Source of the DNA: Burkholderiales bacterium
Lineage (GTDB): Bacteria > Pseudomonadota > Gammaproteobacteria > Burkholderiales > JAHFRG01
Assembly: GCA_035518095.1 (NCBI GenBank)
Contig: DATIXX010000020.1
Coordinates: forward strand, 697 to 64,696
DNA length: 64,000 bases
Reading direction: 5' to 3'
The stretch's first letter is position 1. Each line of letters opens with the position of its first letter. Below, piece after piece: positions 10,355 to 19,731 of the stretch. Made by a program: the position numbers and the translations under genes. The notes under the pieces were generated by a model. The model was not told where the DNA came from, made no database searches, and saw only the letters and a program-made list of their open reading frames with translations.

Positions 10355-10957
10355 ATGCAATCCTTCATTCTGAATATTGACCGCTGGAATACCGCGGTCG
10401 GCAAGGCGTTCGGCTGGTATATTCTCATTCTGACCTTCGGCGAATCCTACGAGGTCTTTGTGCGCTACCTGCTGAACGACCCCACCACCTGGGCGTACGA
10501 TGTTTCCTACAACATGTACGGGGCGCTGTTCTTCATGGCAGGCGCATACACCCTCGCGCGCCACGGCCACGTCCGCGTCGATGTGGTTTACCGGCTGTGG
10601 CGGCCGCGGGTGCAAGCAGGAATCGATCTCGTTCTGTACATCGCCTTCTTTTTCCCGGGCGTCATAGCCCTCATATACGCGGGCTCCCAGTACGCATCGG
10701 AGTCCTGGCGCTACCACGAGGTGGCCGTGTCCAGCCCTGCCGATATCCCGATCTTTCCCCTGAAAACGCTGATCCCCGCGGGTGGCGTCTTGCTGTTCGT
10801 GCAGGGTCTAGCCGAGGTGGCGAGGTGCGTGCTCTGCCTGCGAGACGGACAGTGGCCACCGCGACTGCATGACGTCGAAGAGCTGGAGACCGCCATCTTG
10901 CATGAACAGGAGGCAATCAGGGAACACGGATTGCGCGGCACGGAAGCGAAGTCGTAG
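10355..10957 (+). CDS. TRAP transporter small permease (DctQ)
   Basis: 200 aa with four hydrophobic segments, positioned between the DctP and DctM genes. Confidence 0.8.
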   Translation: MQSFILNIDRWNTAVGKAFGWYILILTFGESYEVFVRYLLNDPTTWAYDVSYNMYGALFFMAGAYTLARHGHVRVDVVYRLWRPRVQAGIDLVLYIAFFFPGVIALIYAGSQYASESWRYHEVAVSSPADIPIFPLKTLIPAGGVLLFVQGLAEVARCVLCLRDGQWPPRLHDVEELETAILHEQEAIREHGLRGTEAKS

Positions 10958-10996
10958 GTAAATAATCATCCAAACAAGAAAAAGGAGCGCGCCCCA

Positions 10997-12316
10997 ATGA
11001 CGAGCCCGGATGTCGCCTTACTGATGGTGGGCATTTTCGTAGTCACGATCATGCTCGGATTCCCGATCTGGGTCACGCTCATGGCGATGGGCGTGTTCTT
11101 CGGCTACTGGGCGATGGGCGACCGGATCTTCTTTCTTCTCACCCAGAACACCTTCAGCATCCTCAGCAACGATGTTCTCACCGCCGTCCCGCTGTTTCTG
11201 TTCATGGGTTACATCGTGGAACGGGCGAACATACTGGATCGATTGTTCTTCAGTATTCAGATCGCAGCTAGAAGGGTTCCGGGCTCGATGGCGGTGGCGA
11301 CCCTGCTTACCTGCGCCTTTTTTGCGACCGCCACAGGGATCGTAGGCGCGGTAGTCACCTTGATGGGGTTGCTCGCATTTCCGGCCATGCTCAAAGCAGG
11401 CTACGACACCAAGCTTGCCGCAGGGGTGGTTTGCGCCGGCGGGACCCTCGGGATCTTGATCCCTCCAAGTATTTTGCTCATCGTCTACGCGGCGACGGCG
11501 GGCATCTCGGTGGTGCAGCTCTACGCAGGGGCGTTCATCCCGGGCTTCGTGCTCGCCGGCTTCTATTGCCTGTACGTAATTGGACGGGTGATTCTCAACC
11601 CGTCGCTTGCCCCCGATTTGCCTAAGGAGCAGACGGACGTCCCGTTTCAAAAGGTTGTGGTCGCACTGCTCACCTCGTTCTTTCCGCTCGCGGTGCTCAT
11701 CATGTCGGTGCTGGGCGCGATTGTGTTCGGCCTCGCGACGCCCAGCGAGGCGGCATCGGTAGGCGCCCTCGGAAGCGTAATCCTAGCCGCCGGCTACCGC
11801 GCGATCGACTACCAGCGCCTCAAAGAGGCGGTCTACCTCACGGCGCGCACCACGGCGATGGTTACCTTCCTGTTCGTGGGTTCCTGGACTTTCGCCTCCG
11901 TCTTCGCCTACCTCGGCGGACAAGATCTCGTCATGCACGCGATTGGGAACATGCACCTCACGCGTGTACAGTTCCTGCTTCTCTCCCAGTTCATCATCTT
12001 CCTCCTCGGCTGGCCACTAGAGTGGACGGAAATCATCATCATCTTTGTTCCCATTTTCCTGCCGCTGCTTCCGGTGTTCGGTGTCGATCCCCTGGTGTTC
12101 GGCATCTTGGTTGCGCTCAACATTCAGACCTCATTCAACACGCCGCCAATGGCGATGTCTGCCTACTATTTGAAGGGGGTCGCACCGCCGCACGTGCGGC
12201 TGACCCAGATATTCGCGGGTGCGCTGCCGTACGTCTTTATGGTCTTCATCACGATGGCGCTGCTGTACGTGTTCCCGGACATGGCGAAGTGGCTTCCCAG
12301 GGTGATGTACCATTAG
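10997..12316 (+). CDS. TRAP transporter large permease (DctM)
   Basis: 439 aa and polytopic; LFMGYIVERANI, GTLGILIPPS and PPMAMSAYYLKG are typical of DctM. Confidence 0.9.
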   Translation: MTSPDVALLMVGIFVVTIMLGFPIWVTLMAMGVFFGYWAMGDRIFFLLTQNTFSILSNDVLTAVPLFLFMGYIVERANILDRLFFSIQIAARRVPGSMAVATLLTCAFFATATGIVGAVVTLMGLLAFPAMLKAGYDTKLAAGVVCAGGTLGILIPPSILLIVYAATAGISVVQLYAGAFIPGFVLAGFYCLYVIGRVILNPSLAPDLPKEQTDVPFQKVVVALLTSFFPLAVLIMSVLGAIVFGLATPSEAASVGALGSVILAAGYRAIDYQRLKEAVYLTARTTAMVTFLFVGSWTFASVFAYLGGQDLVMHAIGNMHLTRVQFLLLSQFIIFLLGWPLEWTEIIIIFVPIFLPLLPVFGVDPLVFGILVALNIQTSFNTPPMAMSAYYLKGVAPPHVRLTQIFAGALPYVFMVFITMALLYVFPDMAKWLPRVMYH

Positions 12317-12325
12317 ACGCCCGCA

Positions 12326-13705
12326 GTGATGACTGAAATCATGCCCGAGATACTCACCGAGCGCGCGCGCGCGCTGACCCGGCTCGGGGCGACCGAGGCG
12401 GCGGCAGCGATCCGCGACGGTCAGATCACGTCCGAGGAGCTGGTGGACGCGTGTCTAGCCTGGATCGACGAGGTGGAGCAGAGCGTTCAGGCCTGGGCGT
12501 TTCTGGAGGCAAAGCATGCGCTGGAGCAGGCGCGGGCAGCGGATGAAACGCGGCGCCGGGGAAAACCCGTGGGCGCGCTGCACGGGGTTCCCGTCGGAAT
12601 AAAGGACAACATCGACACGGCGGACATGCCCACGGAAGATGGCACGCCTCTGCATGCCGGGAGGCGGCCAAGGAAAGACGCAACTGTGGTGTCCCTGCTG
12701 CGGAGGGCGGGGGCAGTCATTCTGGGCAAGACCGTAACTACCGAGCTTGCGGTCTATGCTCCCGGCAAAACGCGTAATCCGCACGATCCCACGCGCACGC
12801 CCGGTGGATCATCGAGCGGCTCGGCCGCGGCGGTTGCGGCGCAGATGGTGCCACTCGCAATCGGCTCGCAAACCAACGGTTCGGTCATCCGCCCGGCGTC
12901 GTACTGCGGCATCGTGGGTTACAAGCCAACACACGGGTTGATTTCCCGCGGCGGGATACTGCGCCAATCACGCGTTCTCGATCAAGTCGGTGTCTTCGCG
13001 CGTTCGCTGGCCGATGCGGCACTGTTGGCGCAGGAGCTCATGGCGTTCGATTCTTCGGATCCGGATTTGCGACCCTGCGCTTCCCCGCGACTGCTCGATT
13101 TCGTTACCCGCCCGCTTCCACTTCCTCCACGTTTCGCGTTTGTCAAGACACCGATGTGGGATCAGGCTTCCGCCGATACACAGGCGGCCTTCGCAGAGCT
13201 GGTCGAATCTCTCGGCAACCAGGTTACAGAAGTGACGCTGCCGGAGCCGTTCGCCGACGCCGTCACGCTCCATCGGCTGATCATGGAAGCCGACCTTGCT
13301 CTGAGTTTTGCGCCAGAATACCAACACGGCGCGGCGCAGCTCAGCGCCACCCTGCGCCAGATGATCGAGCGCGGACAGCGCCACTTGGCGGTGGACTACA
13401 ACCGTGCGGTGGCGCGCATTCCGATCTTCAATGCAGCGCTGGACGACGTGTTTCACGAATTCCACGCCATCGTCACGCCTGCGACGATTGGCGAAGCACC
13501 ACGCGGGCTTGAAACGACCGGAAACCCGGTCTTCTGCACGCTATGGACTCTGTGCGGACTGCCCACCATCGCCGTGCCCATCATGCAGGGTGCAGAAGGC
13601 CTGCCGCTGGGAGTTCAGCTAGTCGGCCCGCGCGGTGATGACGCGCGACTGCTGCAGTGTGCGCGCTGGCTGGAAAATCATGTGGCTGGAGAGAGTTCCG
13701 ATTAG
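12326..13705 (+). CDS. Amidase-signature (AS) family amidase, paralog 1
   Basis: GVPVGIKDN (catalytic Lys), GGSSSGSAAAVA (Ser-cisSer) and GSQTNGSVIRPAS are present. Confidence 0.85.
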   Translation: MMTEIMPEILTERARALTRLGATEAAAAIRDGQITSEELVDACLAWIDEVEQSVQAWAFLEAKHALEQARAADETRRRGKPVGALHGVPVGIKDNIDTADMPTEDGTPLHAGRRPRKDATVVSLLRRAGAVILGKTVTTELAVYAPGKTRNPHDPTRTPGGSSSGSAAAVAAQMVPLAIGSQTNGSVIRPASYCGIVGYKPTHGLISRGGILRQSRVLDQVGVFARSLADAALLAQELMAFDSSDPDLRPCASPRLLDFVTRPLPLPPRFAFVKTPMWDQASADTQAAFAELVESLGNQVTEVTLPEPFADAVTLHRLIMEADLALSFAPEYQHGAAQLSATLRQMIERGQRHLAVDYNRAVARIPIFNAALDDVFHEFHAIVTPATIGEAPRGLETTGNPVFCTLWTLCGLPTIAVPIMQGAEGLPLGVQLVGPRGDDARLLQCARWLENHVAGESSD

Positions 13706-13783
13706 GCGGCAAGCCGCGTCGGGCAAAGAAGCGGCTCGTATTGCGCCTGGGCGGCGGGCGGCAACGGCATGAAGAGGTGAAAC

Positions 13784-13987
13784 GTGTTTGAAATCATCAT
13801 TACGTTAATAGCAGTTGCGATGAGCGCACTCTACATTGGTTACCTCGCGTACGCGATCCATTCCGTGCCTCTATGGATCATAGTGATCGTAGTCTTCGGC
13901 CTCATGATCCGCGAATTCATCGTCGAATTCCGGGAAACGCCAACCGAGGGGCCCAAGAGCGCGAATCGCGCGCGGAAGACCGACTGA
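13784..13987 (+). CDS. Hypothetical small membrane protein (2 TM)
   Basis: 67 aa with a GTG start preceded by GAAGAGGTGA, two hydrophobic helices and a charged tail. No family was recognised. Confidence 0.35.
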   Translation: MFEIIITLIAVAMSALYIGYLAYAIHSVPLWIIVIVVFGLMIREFIVEFRETPTEGPKSANRARKTD

Positions 13988-14410
13988 AAATCCGCAACCA
14001 GCGGACCGCTGGTGCAGCAAAACGCGAATCCTGTTCCCGAGCTGAGTTGCTCTTTGGCTTGTTGGTCCCGCGCCTCCAAGATAAGTGGCGTGGTTGCGCT
14101 TTGGAAACTCTAGTTCCGGAGTGCTTGCGAAGCTTTTCGTAGCCGCCAAAAGTCGGTATAAGCTGCATTAGAATTGCGGGATAAACGTGGAAGTTTTCAT
14201 CGTACCCGCCTTTTCCAAGACCTCGTTTTACCGGGTTAAATGCCGACGCGAATACGACAAGTCAAAAGTCATTGGTCCGTGACAAAAAAGCTGGAATTGC
14301 ATTTTGACCATAAAATTGGCGGCACATAAGCGAAAATTCCCATTTCGTACATTCTGAATATCGACACAAATTTGAAAACGCTTTAAAAACCTTTGTCAGC
14401 GTCGATTACC

Positions 14411-15391
14411 ATGAAACCAAAAATTCTGGTCACGAGAGAGGTGTTTGATGAAGTGCTGGAGCATTTGAAACAGCATTTCGAAGTGGACGCCAACCAGGAC
14501 GATGTACAGCTTGACGAGGCGACGCTGGCTCAAAGGCTTTCCGGCAAGAACGGCGTGATGACGGCCATTACCGACCGCGTGGACGAGAAGCTGCTCTCGC
14601 GCTGCCCCGGGCTCGAGGCCGTCTGCAATATTGCCGTGGGTTACAACAATATTGATCTGGCTGCATGCACTGCGCACGGTGTCATGGCCACCAACACGCC
14701 GGGAGTGCTGGATGAGACTACGGCTGATTTCACATGGGCCCTGATTCTCGCGGCGTCCCGGCGGCTTACTGAAGCCGAGGCTTACTTGCGCAGCGGCCAA
14801 TGGAAACGCTGGCAGTTGAAACAGATTATGGGCACCGATGTTCATCATAAAACTTTGGGCATTCTGGGCCTCGGGCGCATCGGACAGGCAGTGGCAAGAC
14901 GGGCATGCGGATTTGACATGACGGTGATCTACCATAATCGCGAACGTTTGCGCGAAAACATTGAACGCAGCGCCTGCGCGAAGCATGTCAGCTTTGGAGA
15001 ATTGCTCAAACAATCCGACATTCTTACTTTGCACCTGCCTTATTCGGCGGCGACCCATCACATCATTGGAAGAAAAGAACTGGCTCAGATGAAACCGGAA
15101 GCGATTCTAATCAACGCGGCGCGCGGCGGCATCGTGGATGACGAAGCGCTAGTTGAAATGCTGTCCACCGGAAAAATTGCAGCGGCGGGACTCGACGTTT
15201 ACGAAAACGAGCCCAAACTGAATCCCGGATTTCTCAGGCTCAAAAACGTGGTGCTTGCGCCGCACATTGCGAGCTCCTCGCGAGCTACGCGGCTGGCGAT
15301 GGCGATGAAAGCCGCAGAAAATCTGGTAGCCGCTTTGACTAACGGCAATCCGCCCAATCTTCTCAATCCCGAAGTCCTGTCGGGGCGATGA
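14411..15391 (+). CDS. D-isomer-specific 2-hydroxyacid dehydrogenase (glyoxylate/hydroxypyruvate reductase B-like)
   Basis: GILGLGRIGQAVARR (NAD fold), INAARGGIVDD and APHIASSS are present. I chose the ATG at 14411. Confidence 0.8.
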   Translation: MKPKILVTREVFDEVLEHLKQHFEVDANQDDVQLDEATLAQRLSGKNGVMTAITDRVDEKLLSRCPGLEAVCNIAVGYNNIDLAACTAHGVMATNTPGVLDETTADFTWALILAASRRLTEAEAYLRSGQWKRWQLKQIMGTDVHHKTLGILGLGRIGQAVARRACGFDMTVIYHNRERLRENIERSACAKHVSFGELLKQSDILTLHLPYSAATHHIIGRKELAQMKPEAILINAARGGIVDDEALVEMLSTGKIAAAGLDVYENEPKLNPGFLRLKNVVLAPHIASSSRATRLAMAMKAAENLVAALTNGNPPNLLNPEVLSGR

Positions 15392-16701
15392 AGGATATTT
15401 TTCGTCTGGGCGTGCGCGAAGCCGAGGAGGCGATCACAACACGTCATACCACCAGCACTGCTTATACCCGCTCTTGCATTCAGCGCGTCCTGGAAAAAGA
15501 AAACATTGTTCAGGCGTGGCAGTGGTTTGATGCCGAGCGCGCGCTCGAACTGGCGGCGGCGGCGGATAAAAAACTTGACGCAGGAAATACGGGACCGCTC
15601 CACGGCTTGCCTGTCGGCATTAAGGATATTTTCGATACCCGCAACATTCCTACTGAAATGGGCTCGCCGCTGTTCAAGGGCAATGTCCCCAAAGCCTCCG
15701 CCCGAGTCGTGGAAAAACTCGAGCAGGCTGGCGGCTTTGTAATGGGCAAGACCGTGACGGCGGAGTTTGCTTTTCTCAGTCCGGGCAAGACCAGTAATCC
15801 CTGGAATCCCGCCCATTCCCCGGGCGGCTCTTCCAGCGGCTCCGCCGCCGCCGTCGCGGCCGGCTTCGTGCCCGTGGCGCTGGGGACGCAGACCAACGGC
15901 TCGATCATTCGCCCCGCCGCGTTTTGTGGAGTAGTGGGATTCAAACCCAGTCAAGGCACGATTTCCAATCACGGCACTCTGGATTACAGTCCTACCTTGG
16001 ATCAGACCGGCGTGTTCACGCGCAACGTCAGGGATGCGGCGTGGGTGACTTCCTGCATCGCGGAAGCGCAAAATCCCATCCGCCGAGACATCATTGCGCT
16101 AGGCAAAGTACCCAAAGTAGCAGCAGTACGCTCACCGGCATGGACGCGTGCTGAGGAAGCGCAGCACAGATTCTTCGCCGATAATCTGAGAAAGCTGAGT
16201 GAAGCGAGCGCGGAGGTCGTGGAAATGGAGCTTCCTGCCACTTTCAATCAAGCCCACCCATGCCTTCGGCACATCATGGCTTATGAGGCGGCGCGATTCT
16301 TTCGGGAAGTTCAAATTCGAAACCGTGAAAAAATCAGCGCAGTTCTTAACGCGTTTCTCGATGAAGGGAGTGGTATTTCGGATTCCGTGCATCAGGATGC
16401 GCTGCGCTTGCGCAGTCAACTTCAGGAGGATCTTTCTTCTTTCCTGAAAGTATTTGACGCAATCCTTACGCCGCCTTCGAACGGAGAGGCGCCCGCCACG
16501 CTGGAGAACACAGGCGACCCGTCCTTTTGCACCATCTGGACCTTATGCGGCGTGCCTGCTATCACGATTCCCACCGGACTGGGCCCCCAAGGACTGCCGC
16601 TGGGCTTGCAGATTGTCGGCGCCTATCAAGATGACGACAAACTGCTTGCCATTGCGAACTGGTGCGAGGGGCGGCTGCCATTTTCCGGATTGTTCGGCTA
16701 G
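15388..16701 (+). CDS. Amidase-signature (AS) family amidase, paralog 2
   Basis: GLPVGIKDI, GGSSSGSAAAVA and GTQTNGSIIRPAA are present. The start overlaps the previous stop (ATGA at 15388-15391). Confidence 0.85.
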   Translation: MKDIFRLGVREAEEAITTRHTTSTAYTRSCIQRVLEKENIVQAWQWFDAERALELAAAADKKLDAGNTGPLHGLPVGIKDIFDTRNIPTEMGSPLFKGNVPKASARVVEKLEQAGGFVMGKTVTAEFAFLSPGKTSNPWNPAHSPGGSSSGSAAAVAAGFVPVALGTQTNGSIIRPAAFCGVVGFKPSQGTISNHGTLDYSPTLDQTGVFTRNVRDAAWVTSCIAEAQNPIRRDIIALGKVPKVAAVRSPAWTRAEEAQHRFFADNLRKLSEASAEVVEMELPATFNQAHPCLRHIMAYEAARFFREVQIRNREKISAVLNAFLDEGSGISDSVHQDALRLRSQLQEDLSSFLKVFDAILTPPSNGEAPATLENTGDPSFCTIWTLCGVPAITIPTGLGPQGLPLGLQIVGAYQDDDKLLAIANWCEGRLPFSGLFG

Positions 16702-16799
16702 ATTGACCACTCGAAAGGCGGCGATCAAAGCTTCGCAGGATGATCTCCAGGGTGCTTCGCGGAAATTTCATTGCTTAGCGTTGAGCGAACCGATCTGAC

Positions 16800-17762
16800 A
16801 TGAGTGTTTCAATGCAACTTTTTAAGCTCGATATCGAGGTGATGCTGCCGCTGACGCTGCTGGTGGCGGCAGGAGCTTTTTGGCCGCTGATTTTTCGCGA
16901 CGCGCCGGTTGCGCCTCTGCGCACCCAACTCAATCGGCTGGTGCTCTACATGTTTTATCCTTCGATCCTATTTTCCGTCGCTGCAATCACCCCGATTACT
17001 ACTGATTTGCTTTCTGTTCCCCTTCTAGTGGGGGTAGGTTCACTCCTTTCTGGTGCCATTCTTTACCCGTTGCTTTACCATACCCGCCTGGGAAAGGGAC
17101 TCAAAGACAGCACTCGGGCGATCCTTTTGCTGGGAGGCATGTTCGGCAACACGTTCAACATCGGCGTTCCGGTGCTTACTTTTTTTTACGGTCCAGATGC
17201 ACCGCGTTATGCGGTATTCAATGACATGCTGATGACCATGCCCGTCGTCTGGAGCCTGGGTGTGTGGATATCCACCCGATTGGGAGCAGACGATCCGAAT
17301 ATTCCTCATGAATCGTTTTGGCGAGCGATGCTTTCCATGCCACCCATTTGGGCATTTATCTTGGGGGCGGGAGCGCAACAGCTGGGGTGGGCTTATGTGC
17401 CGCTTGTCAACGCGACGCGCATGATAGGTCTGGCCACTATTCCGGTGATTCTTTTTGTTTTGGGCATGACCATACCCTGGGGCCGGCTGACCCCGCGCCG
17501 GGAAATCCTCGCAGTGGCTGCGATAAAACTACTGGCAACGCCCCTATTGGTATGGGTCGCGGCAAAACTCCTGTTTCACCCCATGGGAGAAGCCCAGTAT
17601 GCCGCGGTAGTAGAAGGGACCACGCCTACTATGGTGGCGGCGCTGGTGCTTGCCGACCGCTTTCACCTGGACCACTCCGCGGCTGCGCTCCTCATCGGCT
17701 GGAGCACCATCTTCTTCTGGGTTACGCTGCCGCTTTTCGTGGCATTGGGGTTGATCCGTTAA
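16800..17762 (+). CDS. AEC-family (auxin efflux carrier-type) permease
   Basis: 320 aa with about 10 TM segments and the two-lobed organisation typical of the Mem_trans family. Confidence 0.8.
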   Translation: MSVSMQLFKLDIEVMLPLTLLVAAGAFWPLIFRDAPVAPLRTQLNRLVLYMFYPSILFSVAAITPITTDLLSVPLLVGVGSLLSGAILYPLLYHTRLGKGLKDSTRAILLLGGMFGNTFNIGVPVLTFFYGPDAPRYAVFNDMLMTMPVVWSLGVWISTRLGADDPNIPHESFWRAMLSMPPIWAFILGAGAQQLGWAYVPLVNATRMIGLATIPVILFVLGMTIPWGRLTPRREILAVAAIKLLATPLLVWVAAKLLFHPMGEAQYAAVVEGTTPTMVAALVLADRFHLDHSAAALLIGWSTIFFWVTLPLFVALGLIR

Positions 17763-17855
17763 TAAGTGGGTGAACGAATTGCTGGCTCCGATTTCGTTTA
17801 TTATTTGTATTTGGGGTTCTTCGCCATCAATGCAGTCAATCCTAAGGAGAACATC

Positions 17856-18725
17856 ATGAAAGTCGGTTTTGTAGGCTTAGGCATCATGGGTAAACCCATG
17901 GCGCTCAATCTCATCAAAGGCGGCCACTCGCTTTCAGTTTATGCGCGTCGCGCGGAATCCATGAAACCTTTGAAAGACGCGGGGGCCATAGCGTGCGGCT
18001 CACCCAAGGAAGTGGCGGAAAAATCCGAAGTCACGATAGTTATTGTCTCCGACACGACCGACGTAGAGGAGGTCGTATTGGCGACAAACGGTTTAATCCA
18101 TGGCGCAAAGCCGGGCTCAGTAGTAGTGGACATGAGCACAATTTCTCCTGTCGCAACGCGGGCGATGGCGGAAAAACTTTTAGAGAAAGGCGTGGAAATG
18201 CTCGATGCACCGGTTTCGGGGGGCGATATCGGCGCGATCAATGCCACGCTCTCGATCATGTGCGGCGGCAAGCCGGAGGTATTTGCCCGCGTCAAGCCGC
18301 TATTCGAATGCCTGGGGAAGAACATCGTGCTCACCGGCGGCAACGGAGCCGGACAGGTGACCAAGGCGTGCAATCAAATCGTAGTGGCTTTAACCATCGA
18401 AGCGGTGGGCGAGGCGCTCACCTTTGCGCGCAAGAACGGCGTCGACGCGGCCAAGGTTCGCGACGCGCTGTTGGGCGGTTTCGCCAACAGCAAAATTTTG
18501 GAAGTGCATGGCAAGCGCATGCTGGATAACGTGTTCAAGCCCGGCTTTAAGGTGAGGCTGCATCAAAAGGACATGCGCATCGTCATGGAAACCGCGCATA
18601 AGCTGGGCTTGGGGCTCCCCGGCGCGGCTTTAGTCACTCAACACATGAATGCACTTATGGGCAGCGGCGATGGCGAACTCGATTCCGCCGCGCTGGTCAA
18701 GGTGGTCGAACGGATGTCCCAATAA
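17856..18725 (+). CDS. Beta-hydroxyacid dehydrogenase (2-hydroxy-3-oxopropionate / tartronate-semialdehyde reductase-like)
   Basis: MKVGFVGLGIMGKPMALNL Rossmann start, DAPVSGG and GAGQVTKACNQ are present. AAGGAG lies 7 nt upstream of the ATG at 17856. Confidence 0.75.
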   Translation: MKVGFVGLGIMGKPMALNLIKGGHSLSVYARRAESMKPLKDAGAIACGSPKEVAEKSEVTIVIVSDTTDVEEVVLATNGLIHGAKPGSVVVDMSTISPVATRAMAEKLLEKGVEMLDAPVSGGDIGAINATLSIMCGGKPEVFARVKPLFECLGKNIVLTGGNGAGQVTKACNQIVVALTIEAVGEALTFARKNGVDAAKVRDALLGGFANSKILEVHGKRMLDNVFKPGFKVRLHQKDMRIVMETAHKLGLGLPGAALVTQHMNALMGSGDGELDSAALVKVVERMSQ

Positions 18726-18764
18726 AAAGCCGGCCTTTCGCTGTTATGCAAAAGACCGGCTTTT
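18725..18764. terminator. Bidirectional terminator-like hairpin between convergent genes
   Basis: AAAAGCCGG (18725-18733) pairs with CCGGCTTTT (18756-18764), with A/T runs on both sides. A second GC hairpin, GCCGGC-gaa-GCCGGC, lies at 18777-18791. Confidence 0.5.
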
Positions 18765-18794
18765 CAGTTAGTAGCAGCCGGCGAAGCCGGCGGA

Positions 18795-19022
18795 CTACGC
18801 GTTATTTTTTTTGGCCTGCGGACCTGGGTGGGTCTGCTCGTACTTTATCCATTCTTGTGGTTCAATCAGGTTGTCATGATTGGTGTCAATCTGGCTCCAG
18901 CAGCGCACTTTCATGCAATTCTCCTCAGACTGTTTTTGGTTTCTTGCCAGCGCCACGCTCGAGCTCAAGCCCAGTAGAACTGCAACAAGGATAGGTACGG
19001 TCATCTGCTTATGCTTAGTCAT
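18795..19022 (-). CDS. Small secreted protein with a single EF-hand-like loop
   Basis: AGGAG lies 6 nt upstream of the ATG at 19022. Signal peptide MTKHKQMTVPILVAVLLGLSSSVALA; the 12-residue loop DTNHDNLIEPQE (nt 18852-18887) fits the EF-hand positions 1,3,5,9,12 = D,N,D,E,E; there are two Cys. Confidence 0.5.
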   Translation of the reverse strand: MTKHKQMTVPILVAVLLGLSSSVALARNQKQSEENCMKVRCWSQIDTNHDNLIEPQEWIKYEQTHPGPQAKKNNA

Positions 19023-19302
19023 CTTTTGGCTCCTATTCGAGATTAAAAAAGATAAACACAAGCACACATAACCCGGATTGATGCATGCACAAAATCAGAT
19101 TCCCCGGATCAACAAAAGTTTCATGCAATTTTATTATCGATTCCGAACACAGGGTCGGGCTGCCCTAGGGTGTTGAGCATTTGGAAGAAAACGCGAAATT
19201 CCCGGTAATCTATGCTTGTATCGCAGTACACGGAACAAACGAGCTATAAGTGGCTATAATTAAGACGGGTTGCCTGCGTGACTTGTAACTCGGGAGGCAA
19301 AC

Positions 19303-19731
19303 ATGAAAACCGTAAAACAAATTTTGCAGAGCAAAGCACGCCGTATCCTTTCCATTGCGCCGGACGCCACGGTTTATGATGCGCTGAAGCTGATGGCGGT
19401 AGAAGAAGTCGGAGCGCTGCTGGTGATTGACGCCGACAAACTGGTGGGAATCATTTCCGAGCGCGACTATGCGCGCAAAGTGATTCTGCACGGCAAATCG
19501 TCCAAGGAAATCCACGTCAGCGATATCATGACCGGCAGAATCGTTTACGTGACGACAGCGCAAACCGTGGACGAGTGCATGGCGTTGATGACCGACAAGC
19601 GGGTCCGGCATCTGCCGGTCTACGAAGATAATTTGCTGGTCGGGGTGGTATCCATCGGCGACTTGGTGAAGGAAGCGATATCTGAACGCGAATACATCAT
19701 TAAGCAACTCGAAAGCTACATAATGGGATGA
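19303..19731 (+). CDS. CBS-domain pair protein
   Basis: 142 aa with two CBS repeats (VGIISERDY.. and VGVVSIGDLV). Confidence 0.8.
   Translation: MKTVKQILQSKARRILSIAPDATVYDALKLMAVEEVGALLVIDADKLVGIISERDYARKVILHGKSSKEIHVSDIMTGRIVYVTTAQTVDECMALMTDKRVRHLPVYEDNLLVGVVSIGDLVKEAISEREYIIKQLESYIMG

Noticed and set aside
14317-14331. A sigma-54-like TGGCGG-cacat-AAGC upstream of the 2-hydroxyacid dehydrogenase gene.
   Set aside because: The GG/GC spacing is right, but the -12 box (AAGC) and the second half of the -24 box are poor. Matches of this quality are expected by chance many times in 64 kb.
17768-17783. gGGtga-acgaa-TTGCT upstream of the tartronate-semialdehyde-reductase-like gene.
   Set aside because: Only the GG of the -24 box is present. 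That is insufficient to call a promoter.
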